Assembly: GCF_000698785.1 (NCBI RefSeq)
Contig: NZ_CP007536.1
Span: forward strand, 1,860,001 to 1,892,000
Reading direction: 5' to 3'
Origin: Nitrososphaera viennensis EN76
GTDB lineage: Archaea > Thermoproteota > Nitrososphaeria > Nitrososphaerales > Nitrososphaeraceae
DNA: 32,000 nucleotides
Under the pieces are notes generated by a model that saw only the letters and a program-made list of their open reading frames with translations, was not told where the DNA came from and did no database searches. Both the position numbers and the translations under genes were made by a program. Below are positions 8,112 to 16,730 of the stretch, in pieces (position 1 is the first letter of the stretch; each line of letters starts with the position of its first letter).

Positions 8112-9983
8112 TCATGCCGCATTGCTTTCATTCCTCTCGTTCCTCTTTACAATGGCTGCCGAACTGGGGTCCATGCTCTGCCACACCACATCATAGCCAA
8201 GCTTTGACACAAGCTCCGCATGGCACGATTCCGGGATTTCGTTTTGGGCAAGGGCCGCGCATGCGTCAGTGAACTTGCTGACGTCTGCCAGAAGGGGCCT
8301 CAGCCTGCCTGCCTTTGCCTTTGATACCAGGTGCGTCCCTGCCACCTCGATGTACTTGTCGCCATGATCCCGCAGCGCTATTTTCATTGCAACTTCTGGA
8401 GGCAAGGAAGGATTGCTGTCTTTACCCTGCCTCTTGACATCAACAATAACAATCTCGTCGATCGAGATGACGTCCTTGGCGCGATCAAGCTCTGCCTTCA
8501 AGTCGGGGTTGCTGACGCTCCGTTCCACGGTTTCTTTGTCGATGGATTTCAAATAATCCAGTATGGGCCTTACAGGCACCGCATCGCTTCCGTAAAGTAT
8601 CAGCCTGTCTTTTGGAATCAGGTGGATGGAAAGCGATGACAGCACTGCATTGGAGCACGCCAGGTCCTTGTTCAATGCGATGAACAATTCTGTCGCTGGC
8701 GTTGTTGTTGATGATGCTGCCGCATTGTAATTGCCGATGATGATGTCTGCCAGCTTCTTTAGCTTTCTTTCCAGGTATTCTGGAGTCCAGAATCCGACGA
8801 TTTCGAGATAGACCCTTCTGCCGTATTTTTCAAACATGAAATCCGGGATAAGGGCCCTGCCATCAGACACGATCAAAGGATCAGGCTCCCTGATAAGCTT
8901 CCAGCCTGCTGTTGCCGCAGCTTCGAACCTGCGCGCAAATTTTTCTTCAACAACGCTGTCAAAATAATCTGGAGCAAGTCTAGACCGCTGCTGTTGTCCT
9001 TCTTCTCTTCTGCTGCTTTCATCACCATTATTATTGTTGTAATAGAATGGATCCGTCAGCAGCAGCGGAGCTTCGGAATCCGACAGCTTGAACTCGTACA
9101 GCGTCTTTTTCCCTTCCATCGTCCTTCGCATGATCCACGCGTCGATGCTCCATTCGCCTCCCTTGGACAGGAAGACGATCGATGGAAGCAACTTGGCAAG
9201 GGCAGTTCCGTACCTGTCGGTCAGCCTGAAAAGGCTCAGGGGTCCTTCAATCGAGCAGACAACTCTGCTTCTCTCTCCATCTTTACTTTCTTGCTGCTGC
9301 AGAAGATAATACATCAGGCCGAGCCTTTTCACCTTCCTCAAAATGCGCTTCCAGTTCAGCCCGCCGGAAACAGAAAACTCCAGCTTTGTGCAATTGAAAA
9401 GCAAGGTCTGCACCAGCGCAAGGTTGTACCATCCGACCAGCGATTTTGCGTCAATCGTATCGAACTTCTCAAGGACCAGGTTGTCGTCCAGGTCGCTCCA
9501 CATGATGCTTGCAATGGCATCGGCAGAGAGATGCAGTCTTGATGCAACCAGATCGATAATCTCCTTTCTTTCCAGATCGGTTAGCGCAAACCCGCGCCTT
9601 GACGATTCTTCAAACAACGCTTTTCTGACTGTGGCCGGATCGCCAAGTGTGATGCTAGTGACGGCGTCGGCGCCAATGCTATTCTTGACAAACGACGACG
9701 ATGATGACGATGGCGATGACGACGTGATTGCACTTCCAAAAGTGCATCTCCTTTCAAGGAGCGCGCACAGCCCTCTTACGAGCTTGAAGTCTCTGTTGTG
9801 TTCCGATTCTATGTCGGATATCCTGCCGTCAAGTTCGGCCTTGCTTTCCCTGTTTTTCCACGACGCTTCAAACTCCTGAATCAGCCTTCCTGCAAGCTCT
9901 ATCTCTTCATCCCGGGTGCAAAACAGCGGGATGATGGACCCGTTTCTTGTCGTCCTGGCCCTGAGCAAAGGCGCGGCTAGCAT
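8112..9983 (-). CDS. bax1: Bax1 (DUF790) endonuclease, partner of XPB
   Basis: It lies immediately downstream of XPB and overlaps it by 7 nt. A PD-(D/E)xK-like nuclease core is present: ALIPDFMFEKYGRRVYLEIVGFWTPEYLERKLKKL. It is 623 aa and contains low-complexity S-, N- and T-rich inserts. Confidence 0.85.
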   Translation of the reverse strand: MLAAPLLRARTTRNGSIIPLFCTRDEEIELAGRLIQEFEASWKNRESKAELDGRISDIESEHNRDFKLVRGLCALLERRCTFGSAITSSSPSSSSSSFVKNSIGADAVTSITLGDPATVRKALFEESSRRGFALTDLERKEIIDLVASRLHLSADAIASIMWSDLDDNLVLEKFDTIDAKSLVGWYNLALVQTLLFNCTKLEFSVSGGLNWKRILRKVKRLGLMYYLLQQQESKDGERSRVVCSIEGPLSLFRLTDRYGTALAKLLPSIVFLSKGGEWSIDAWIMRRTMEGKKTLYEFKLSDSEAPLLLTDPFYYNNNNGDESSRREEGQQQRSRLAPDYFDSVVEEKFARRFEAAATAGWKLIREPDPLIVSDGRALIPDFMFEKYGRRVYLEIVGFWTPEYLERKLKKLADIIIGNYNAAASSTTTPATELFIALNKDLACSNAVLSSLSIHLIPKDRLILYGSDAVPVRPILDYLKSIDKETVERSVSNPDLKAELDRAKDVISIDEIVIVDVKRQGKDSNPSLPPEVAMKIALRDHGDKYIEVAGTHLVSKAKAGRLRPLLADVSKFTDACAALAQNEIPESCHAELVSKLGYDVVWQSMDPSSAAIVKRNERNESNAA

Positions 9984-11569
9984 ACGCTGTCGTCGTACAC
10001 CTCCTTCTTTGCGGTGTCATCATCATGGTTCTCCTGGATTCTCTTGAGGGCCCTCTTTCTCTTTGCGCTCGTGATGGTCTCTTCCCTGGTCGCAGAGGAA
10101 ACTATCTCGATTAACCTTGCCTTTTTGCTCCTGCTATTATCATTATCATCGTCGCCTTTTGATCCCAGCCCGCCTAGCTTTGGCCGGAGCAGCCTTCCAA
10201 GCCTCTGTATGAACTCTCTGGCGCTTCCGGTCCCGCTGACAATTATGCCAAGCTCTGCATCCGGCACGTCCACGCCTTCGTCAAGGACCTTTGACGTGAC
10301 GATGGCCATGTAGCGGCCCTCTTTAAAGCCCCTCAGGACGTCCTGCCTTTCGTCCTTGCCCGTCTTGTGGGTGATGAACGGTATGAGAAACCTGTTGGAA
10401 ATCTCGTAGACCATGTTGTTGTGCTGCGTGAAAATAATCGTCTTGGCGCCCTTGTTCTCTGCAAGGATCTCTTTCAGCTCTTCCAGCTTGGACTTGCTGT
10501 TTAGCGCAACGTTCGTGGCCCTGTTCCTTGCCAGCAGGGCTTCCCGCGCCAGCGGGTTTCTCCCGGACATCATTATCAGCTTTTCAAGCGAAATCGTATA
10601 GTATGTTGTTGTAGTCCCAATGCCTCCCAGCCTGTTCAGGCATTCGTGGTACCTTTGCATGCATGCCCTGTACTCGGCAAGCTCTTCCGGCAAGAGCTCG
10701 ACCCTTCTTCTTTCAACCTCGTACCGGGCAAGATGCTTTTGCCTTGCAAGCGCGTCGGGACTCACCTGAAACACAACGTCGCCCACGAGCCTTGGCAAAT
10801 CCCTGTGAAGATAGTCCTCGCGCTCAATCGTCGCGGTGAGCCCCAGCCTGAAAGGGGCGGCCATCTGCTCGGCTATCGTCCTGTAGCCGGGCGCCGCCAG
10901 GTGGTGCACCTCGTCAAACACGACAAGCGTGAATTTGTTGCCAAGAAACGCCGCGCGCAGGTACGCCGAGTCGTACGTTGACACCGTGATTGGCTGTATG
11001 TCCTCCGATCCGCCGCCCAGGTTTCCTATCTTCTTTTTTATCGTCGCGCCCGTAGCGGCAGCAGCAACAACAAAATATTTTGAAAGGACAGCCGTCCACT
11101 GGTCCACAAGGTCCAGCGTCGGGACGACCACCAGAGACGCGGCGTTTGCCTTTTCTATCGCCTTGACGCCGACGAGGGTCTTGCCGGAGCCGGTCGGCAA
11201 AACAACGCATCCTCTCAGGCCGGCGTTCACCCAGCTGTCAAATGCCTTTTGCTGATAGTCACGCAGTGACAGTAGTGGAGGCAATGGTGATGGTGGTGAT
11301 GCTGACGGTCGAGATGGCGAAAGGTCATTATTGTTATTGTCATTATTATAATGACGATCAAGCGGCAAGGTCATCATCACCGCATCTGAAAAAAAGACGC
11401 GGTCGTCGTACTCTATGCCGCTCTGTTTCAGGTACCCTACAATATTTGGATAGTACAGGGCTTGCGCTCGCAGCGCGTTTATCCTTGGGTCGCGTGTTGC
11501 AAACGGGATATGAGCAAGGCCCTCGATCACTATGGTGCCTCTGTCATACCTCAGTACGGCCTTGGGCAC
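9977..11569 (-). CDS. xpb: XPB/Rad25-type SF2 DNA repair helicase
   Basis: Helicase motifs are present: LPTGSGKTLVG (I), VVFDEVHHL (II), GLTATIERED (III plus the XPB-specific RED motif), TSKVLDEGVDVPDA (V) and EFIQRLGRLLR (VI). The start is GTG at 11569 (MPKAVLRYDRG). Confidence 0.95.
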   Translation of the reverse strand: MPKAVLRYDRGTIVIEGLAHIPFATRDPRINALRAQALYYPNIVGYLKQSGIEYDDRVFFSDAVMMTLPLDRHYNNDNNNNDLSPSRPSASPPSPLPPLLSLRDYQQKAFDSWVNAGLRGCVVLPTGSGKTLVGVKAIEKANAASLVVVPTLDLVDQWTAVLSKYFVVAAAATGATIKKKIGNLGGGSEDIQPITVSTYDSAYLRAAFLGNKFTLVVFDEVHHLAAPGYRTIAEQMAAPFRLGLTATIEREDYLHRDLPRLVGDVVFQVSPDALARQKHLARYEVERRRVELLPEELAEYRACMQRYHECLNRLGGIGTTTTYYTISLEKLIMMSGRNPLAREALLARNRATNVALNSKSKLEELKEILAENKGAKTIIFTQHNNMVYEISNRFLIPFITHKTGKDERQDVLRGFKEGRYMAIVTSKVLDEGVDVPDAELGIIVSGTGSAREFIQRLGRLLRPKLGGLGSKGDDDNDNSRSKKARLIEIVSSATREETITSAKRKRALKRIQENHDDDTAKKEVYDDSVC

Positions 11570-11601
11570 TGAGAAATTTTTGGCAAAAAAGCGTTAAAAG
11601 C

Positions 11602-12195
11602 CTATCCTGCGCGCCGCCCTTTTCCCTTTCTATCTATCCCTCGTCCGCTGTGCCCCCTTTCCTCTTCCAAGAGCGGGATTATCGGGTGCGCTATCCTGCC
11701 CTCGATGAATTCCGACACGCCTGTCTCGATCAGCTGCAGCGTGACTTTTGGGTCGCTTCGAAACCAGGCAAGCACGGACTCGTAAAAGGGAAACTCGCCT
11801 GGATTTGCGGTAGCCTTGGATGCCAGGCACTTTTCCACCATCTCTACCCTTTTCTCAAGCTCCAGTTCGTCCAGCGAAGCGGCAACTAGCATGCCCGCGT
11901 CGGTAAGGCGGAAGGACGGTATCCCAGACTCTTGCAGGGCCCGCGGCCCCATCTTTGTCTTTTTGCGGCCTGACTCTTGCACGATCCCGTTTGGCACGAG
12001 GCACTCTTCAAGCTCCTTAAAGACATAGCCGTACGAGTTGGAAAACGGCAGGCCAAGCTCGCGCGCCATGTCCTTTGCCACCGAGTTCCTAGTCTGGTCC
12101 GGAACCCTGGCCAATGACCTGATTATGCACCTTTCCTTTATTCCTCTAGAACAGATTCTGTTGCTGTTCTTGTACCTGGAGTTGATGCGGGGCAT
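11602..12195 (-). CDS. Uncharacterised basic protein with a putative wHTH, paralog A of 14109..14702
   Basis: The track ORF runs to 12213 with a TTG start; the first ATG is at 12195. It is clearly homologous to the ORF on the other side of amt, sharing the blocks AKxMARxxG, GIV, GPR, GxPxFRLxxxGMLxAxxLDE and TLxLxxxGxSxxxEGxxxHP. Confidence 0.7.
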   Translation of the reverse strand: MPRINSRYKNSNRICSRGIKERCIIRSLARVPDQTRNSVAKDMARELGLPFSNSYGYVFKELEECLVPNGIVQESGRKKTKMGPRALQESGIPSFRLTDAGMLVAASLDELELEKRVEMVEKCLASKATANPGEFPFYESVLAWFRSDPKVTLQLIETGVSEFIEGRIAHPIIPLLEEERGHSGRGIDRKGKGRRAG

Positions 12196-12490
12196 TGCAA
12201 GCGGCGCTTGCAAGACAGGTCAGTGCTAGTGTGTACTCGCATCTCGCTTTAATGAGTTTTGCATCCGGGCTGCCGTGATGCCAAAATTGTTATTGATTTC
12301 TGGAGAAAAACACAGAAAAGTCGTAAAATTGTTTCATTATCCTGAAAATAACGCTGATATCCGCTATGCAAAAACAAAGTGATCAGACTGCATACAAGAT
12401 TAAGATATTTTCATGGCTCTTTGTACAAATAATTATCATAACGCCTTCAAATAGGTCTATTATCAATTATTTATCATAAAAATTAAAGAA

Positions 12491-12500
12491 TTTTTTATAT
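12491..12500 (+). promoter_or_regulatory. TATA box of the amt promoter (TTTTTTATAT)
   Basis: It is centred about 27 nt upstream of the amt ATG (12523), at the end of a 309-nt AT-rich spacer. This spacing fits a leaderless or short-leader archaeal transcript. Confidence 0.5.
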
Positions 12501-12522
12501 GCCTTGGTGAAATAACGCAAAT

Positions 12523-14031
12523 ATGTCTAAACCAGACTGGCATCGTCTGTATACAATCGCCATCGTAGCGGTTGCATTCCTGGTGGTTTTAGGACTTTTA
12601 CAACAGCAACACGCCTTTGCGTACGCGCCCGACGACCCGGCCGTGCCATATCACTGCTGGCAGACAAACGAGGACGGCACCTTCAAGATTGTCGTCGATA
12701 ATAGTACTGGAGCCCAAAGCCTGGTTCCATGCGAGATCAATCATGGAGACAACGCATGGATGCTGACATCTGCGGCGCTCGTGCTTATGATGACTCCTGC
12801 AGGGCTGGCAATGTTCTATGCCGGGCTCTCAAGGCAAAAGAACGCAGTAAACACCCTTCACATGACGTTCATCACCACAGGCGTCATTGCCGTGCAATGG
12901 GCGCTCTGGGGATACAGCCTTGCATTCGGCCCTGACGCAGGCGGCTATGGCTTTATCGGGACGCTTGACTGGGCAGGCCTGCAGAACGTGCTCCACGACG
13001 TGCCCTCAGACGCGTACGGCGGCATAACGGGCTTTACAATTCCGCACATGACGTATATGGTGTTTCAGATGATGTTCGCCATCATCACGCCAGCGCTTAT
13101 CGTGGCGTCGATGGCGGAGCGCATGAAGTTCAGCGCCTTTATCATATTCATAGTGATATGGGCGACCTTCGTCTACGATTTTGCAGCGCACTGGACGTGG
13201 GAGATTACTGCGCCGGACAACTATGGGCGAAACCCCGGCTACTGCAACTTTGGATGGGGCGGATGCCTTGGCGCGCTCGACTTTGCAGGCGGAACTGTCA
13301 TCCACATCACGTCAGGCTGGTCCGGGCTTGTCATTGCCCTCATGCTCGGACGCAGGCTGGGCTATGGCAAGGTCCCGATGGAGCCGCACAACATCTCACT
13401 TGTGGTGCTCGGTGCAGCCCTGCTCTGGGTAGGCTGGTTCGGCTTTAACGCAGGCTCGGCAGCAGCCGCTGCAACAAACGCGACGAGCGCATTTGTGGCA
13501 ACGCAGATCGCTACAGGCATGGCCGCAGTCACATGGTCGCTCATATCGTGGGCCCACACTGGCAGGCCTTCGACAGTCGGAGCAGCGTCCGGCGCAGTGG
13601 CAGGCCTGGTGGCCATCACGCCTGCTTCAGGATTCGTGTCGCCCATGTCTGCAATAATCATAGGCATACTGGCCAGCATAGTCTGCTACGCTGCAGTAGC
13701 CTTCAAGAACAGGCGCAAGTGGGATGACGCACTTGACACTTGGGGCGTGCACGGGATTGGTGGCCTTGCCGGCGCGCTTTTGACTGGCATCCTTGCAGAA
13801 AAGAGGTTCACCCCGTGGGGAGACAACGGTCTTGCATTTGGCAACCCTGCCCAGCTCTACGAAAACGCGGCCGGCGCGTTTGCCGCAGTCGCATGGGCTA
13901 TGGGCCTGACGGCTGCCATCATCAAGATCATGGACCTGGTCTGGCCCGGTGGAATCCGCGTGACGCCAAAGGAAGAGGAAGTCGGCCTCGACCTTTCGCA
14001 GCACGGCGAGAGGGCGTACGTGACAGAGTAA
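12523..14031 (+). CDS. amt: Ammonium transporter (Amt/MEP family)
   Basis: The 502-aa protein has 11-12 TM segments and family signatures: DNAWMLTSAALVLMMTPGLAMFYAG, FQMMFAIITPALI, LDFAGGTVIHITSGWSGL, GWFGFNAGS and VHGIGGLAGALLTG. Confidence 0.97.
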   Translation: MSKPDWHRLYTIAIVAVAFLVVLGLLQQQHAFAYAPDDPAVPYHCWQTNEDGTFKIVVDNSTGAQSLVPCEINHGDNAWMLTSAALVLMMTPAGLAMFYAGLSRQKNAVNTLHMTFITTGVIAVQWALWGYSLAFGPDAGGYGFIGTLDWAGLQNVLHDVPSDAYGGITGFTIPHMTYMVFQMMFAIITPALIVASMAERMKFSAFIIFIVIWATFVYDFAAHWTWEITAPDNYGRNPGYCNFGWGGCLGALDFAGGTVIHITSGWSGLVIALMLGRRLGYGKVPMEPHNISLVVLGAALLWVGWFGFNAGSAAAAATNATSAFVATQIATGMAAVTWSLISWAHTGRPSTVGAASGAVAGLVAITPASGFVSPMSAIIIGILASIVCYAAVAFKNRRKWDDALDTWGVHGIGGLAGALLTGILAEKRFTPWGDNGLAFGNPAQLYENAAGAFAAVAWAMGLTAAIIKIMDLVWPGGIRVTPKEEEVGLDLSQHGERAYVTE

Positions 14032-14033
14032 GA

Positions 14034-14082
14034 GGAGGTGTGCCTCCAACCTCTCTCTCTTTTCCTCCTTTCTTTTTTTCTT
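14034..14082 (+). terminator. Putative amt terminator: short hairpin followed by a pyrimidine/T-rich tract
   Basis: GGAGG (14034-14038) pairs with CCTCC (14043-14047) directly after the stop codon. About 35 nt of almost pure pyrimidine follows, including T7 at 14073-14079. Confidence 0.45.
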
Positions 14083-14108
14083 GGTGGAAATAGTGGACAT
14101 ATACAGGC

Positions 14109-14702
14109 ATGCTAGCTACAACAACCCCTCCTCCATGCAGGAAGAAGAAGGTCTGGATCTTTCCATCAGGCGCCAGAGGGACGCTAAGGAAGAGGGGGGC
14201 CTACCAGCGCTTCATCGTCGCCTGCATGGCGCAGCAGGTGTCCAGCATCACCAAGAGGGTCCTGGCAAAGCAGATGGCCAGGAGATTCGGCATGTCGCTT
14301 CGCAACGCGTACACCCACACGTACACGGAGCTTAACGAAAGCCTGATCCCCGGCGGCATTGTAGAGCAGGACGGAGCGGTGCCGGCAACAAGGGGCCCGC
14401 GGATATTCCAGCTCGACGGCGTGCCGTGTTTTCGCCTGTCAGGACTTGGCATGCTGCTGGCCTGCTGCCTAGACGAAATCGACATCGACAGGAGGGCGCT
14501 GCTGTTCCGGCAGTACCTTGATTCTGACAGGTCGTGGCGGCGGGACCCTAGAAAGGATGAGCTGCTCTCCCACCTCAAGGCATACCCCGAGTTCACGCTG
14601 GAGCTCCTAAAGCACGGCGCCTCGCAGTACCTGGAAGGCAAGGCGGACCACCCGCTGTCAGCCTTTCCGACGCGAAAAAGAAAAAGCCCGGCCTCGACTT
14701 GA
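14109..14702 (+). CDS. Uncharacterised basic protein with a putative wHTH, paralog B of 11602..12195
   Basis: The 197-aa product aligns with paralog A over about 150 aa. In one hand-aligned block (VAKDMAREL...GIVQESG vs LAKQMARRF...GIVEQDG), 17 of 38 residues are identical. The antisense ORF 14201..14740 is rejected. Confidence 0.7.
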   Translation: MLATTTPPPCRKKKVWIFPSGARGTLRKRGAYQRFIVACMAQQVSSITKRVLAKQMARRFGMSLRNAYTHTYTELNESLIPGGIVEQDGAVPATRGPRIFQLDGVPCFRLSGLGMLLACCLDEIDIDRRALLFRQYLDSDRSWRRDPRKDELLSHLKAYPEFTLELLKHGASQYLEGKADHPLSAFPTRKRKSPAST

Positions 14703-14787
14703 CGTCGTGTCGCAGTTACGGTTGCGGCTACCGTGGGCACGGCCTGTTGTAGTCGGCCGTCTTTGAGAACGCCGCCCTGCCCTGCCG

Positions 14788-15615
14788 CTACGGCCTTGCT
14801 TTTATCTGCCTTATGTCAAGCGTGTATTCGCTCCCGCCAGCTGCGAGGTAGAGCTTGTCGCCGGGCAGCACCTCAAAGTGGAGCACGTCGCCCTCGAGCC
14901 CCCTTGAATCAACGATGTGCCCGTCTATGCACTCCCTTGCATCCGGGCTCTTGCACTGCGCCTCTGTGGGTGTAAAGCGCGCAATCGCCATCTTGGTGGT
15001 GATTATTGAGTCGCGGCTCAGAATTACAAGCGTGCCCTTTTCGTTCTGGAGGTTCCACCCGGAAATTGCGGCCACGTTATTGCTGCCGCTGCTGCTGGCT
15101 ACTGCCTTAACGTACACCCTGGCCGAGTTTGCGGCTGCCTTGGAAACTACTAGGGTTGCCACATAGTCCTCCGGCTCTGTCTGGTTCGTGCTCACAGGAT
15201 ACGGCTCCAGGCTTGCCATCCTGACCGAATATTTACCATCACCAAACACCGCCGACGGTTTTTCATTGGCTCCGATAGTCAGCACGAACTGCCCCGCGTC
15301 GGTGCCGTTTACCTCGGCAGAAACCCTGATGCTGGCCTGCCCCTGCCATATGCACACCACGTCTGACGGGCATCTTGAATCCTCGGTGACGTTGAGAAAG
15401 CTGATGGCGATCTTTTCAGAATCGATAACTGCCTGCTGGCCTGTCTTCAGCTCAAACGGCTTGTCAAGCTTGGCAGGTATGATGGCGCTCTGCGCGTGAG
15501 CAGCAGAGAACGCGGACAGCATAACCAATGATGCGGCTATGATAAACGCTACTGATCTCAACAACAATGTTTCAGTACTCTCCTTCCATATAGGCCGTAT
15601 GGAGAAAAACTCCAC
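14788..15615 (-). CDS. Secreted or membrane-anchored protein of unknown function
   Basis: The N-terminal hydrophobic segment is signal-peptide-like (LLLRSVAFIIAASLVMLSAFSAAHA-QS). There is a Cys-containing block, FLNVTEDSRCPSDVVCIWQG. No catalytic motif was recognised. Confidence 0.7.
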   Translation of the reverse strand: MEFFSIRPIWKESTETLLLRSVAFIIAASLVMLSAFSAAHAQSAIIPAKLDKPFELKTGQQAVIDSEKIAISFLNVTEDSRCPSDVVCIWQGQASIRVSAEVNGTDAGQFVLTIGANEKPSAVFGDGKYSVRMASLEPYPVSTNQTEPEDYVATLVVSKAAANSARVYVKAVASSSGSNNVAAISGWNLQNEKGTLVILSRDSIITTKMAIARFTPTEAQCKSPDARECIDGHIVDSRGLEGDVLHFEVLPGDKLYLAAGGSEYTLDIRQIKARP

Positions 15616-15666
15616 CTGAAGGAGATAAGAAAAAAAGAAAAGAAAAGGATGGGGAGAGCAGGGTTG

Positions 15667-16233
15667 TTACTGCTGCTGCCCTTCCTCGTCTGGCGTTGCG
15701 GCTGTCACGCTAAAGGCCTTGACTGCCGGCGCAAAGAAAGTGCCCCGGCCGCTTATCTCCGACATTATGTCTGCAGGGAACCCTTCAGACGTGTGGAGCA
15801 CCTGGCCGTTTCCTGCGTCGACGATGACCGTTTTTGCCTGGTCGCCAGAGAGCACCCTGAAGCTGTATACAAGGTAGCCCTGCTCGACGGCGAGGTTGCC
15901 TCCTATCACGGTGCCACTTGCTGCGTCAGCGGCTGTCTTGGCAGCGTCTGAAAAGCTGACCTGCACCTTTGACATGAGCTCGTCGCCCGCGTTGACCGAG
16001 CCCTTGATGTCCGGGATTGGCGCGAACTTTTGGTACAGCATGTCTGCCGCTGATGATGCCTTGAACGCGACGACGTTTGCCTTTGTTGCAGCGTTTTCGT
16101 TATCGGGTGCTGCAGTCTGTGCAGATGCAAAAGAAACAGACGCTGCTGCTATCGATCCGACAGCGGCCGCAACTGCAAGCGCCCCGAGCACGAGCGCATA
16201 AAACGTTCTTTTGTTGTTGTCGTTGTTTTCCAT
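15667..16233 (-). CDS. Secreted PepSY-like domain protein
   Basis: I prefer ATG 16233 (MENNDNNKRTFYALVLGALAVAAAVGSIAAASVSFASAQ, signal-like) over the track start at 16302. The C-terminal part (AAKTAADAASGTVIGGNLAVEQGYLVYSFRV...VIVDAGNGQVLH) matches the PepSY pattern. Confidence 0.7.
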   Translation of the reverse strand: MENNDNNKRTFYALVLGALAVAAAVGSIAAASVSFASAQTAAPDNENAATKANVVAFKASSAADMLYQKFAPIPDIKGSVNAGDELMSKVQVSFSDAAKTAADAASGTVIGGNLAVEQGYLVYSFRVLSGDQAKTVIVDAGNGQVLHTSEGFPADIMSEISGRGTFFAPAVKAFSVTAATPDEEGQQQ

Positions 16234-16395
16234 CGATGCTAAGCAAGTCCAAGGAACAAAAAGCATTGCCAAACCATCAAAAGCGTCAATGTTAGCTAAC
16301 AATGTTACCTTAAACTTAATTTGCGCAGGGCTTGCGCGGTTGTGCGGCGGTTAGCAACGGCTATTGGCAAGCACGCGCGGTAGACATGAACAGGA

Positions 16396-16692
16396 TTGAC
16401 CCATGAGTACAGGGACCGGATCTATATCCGGAAGGACATCATACTAAAGCTGACCGAAGTCGGCGAGCTGAACCAGACGAAACTATTGAGCTATTGCGGC
16501 CTCAACATCGTCAAGCACAAGGAGATCCTCGACGACCTTGAGGCCAAGGGCTTTATAGAAAAGTTCGCAGAAGAGTGGGGCAGCAAGTCCGTGACAAAAT
16601 ACCGCGTGACTGAAAAGGGCCGGCAGTTTTCAAAGATGATTTTAGAACCGTACGAAGAGATGTTTCCGCGCAGAGGTAACAAAGTTAGCTAA
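16396..16692 (+). CDS. Small winged-helix DNA-binding protein
   Basis: The wHTH pattern is KDIILKLTEVGELNQTKLLSYCGLNIVKHKEILDDLEAKGFIEK....TKYRVTEKGRQF. The start codon is uncertain (TTG at 16396, no N-terminal ATG). Confidence 0.65.
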   Translation: MTHEYRDRIYIRKDIILKLTEVGELNQTKLLSYCGLNIVKHKEILDDLEAKGFIEKFAEEWGSKSVTKYRVTEKGRQFSKMILEPYEEMFPRRGNKVS

Positions 16693-16730
16693 AGGTTTTA
16701 AGAAAAATTTCGCCCGATCCCACTAACAAT

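Noticed and set aside
14739-14760. Hairpin ACGGCC-n10-GGCCGT between the convergent genes 14109..14702 and 14788..15615
   Set aside because: The stem is short, the loop is large and no adjacent T-tract is present. It is not convincing as an archaeal terminator.
16291-16692. The 9-mer GTTAGCTAA occurs at 16291-16299 and again at 16684-16692, flanking the small wHTH gene
   Set aside because: A single repeated 9-mer within about 400 nt is within chance expectation, and the second copy is simply the gene's last codons plus the stop.
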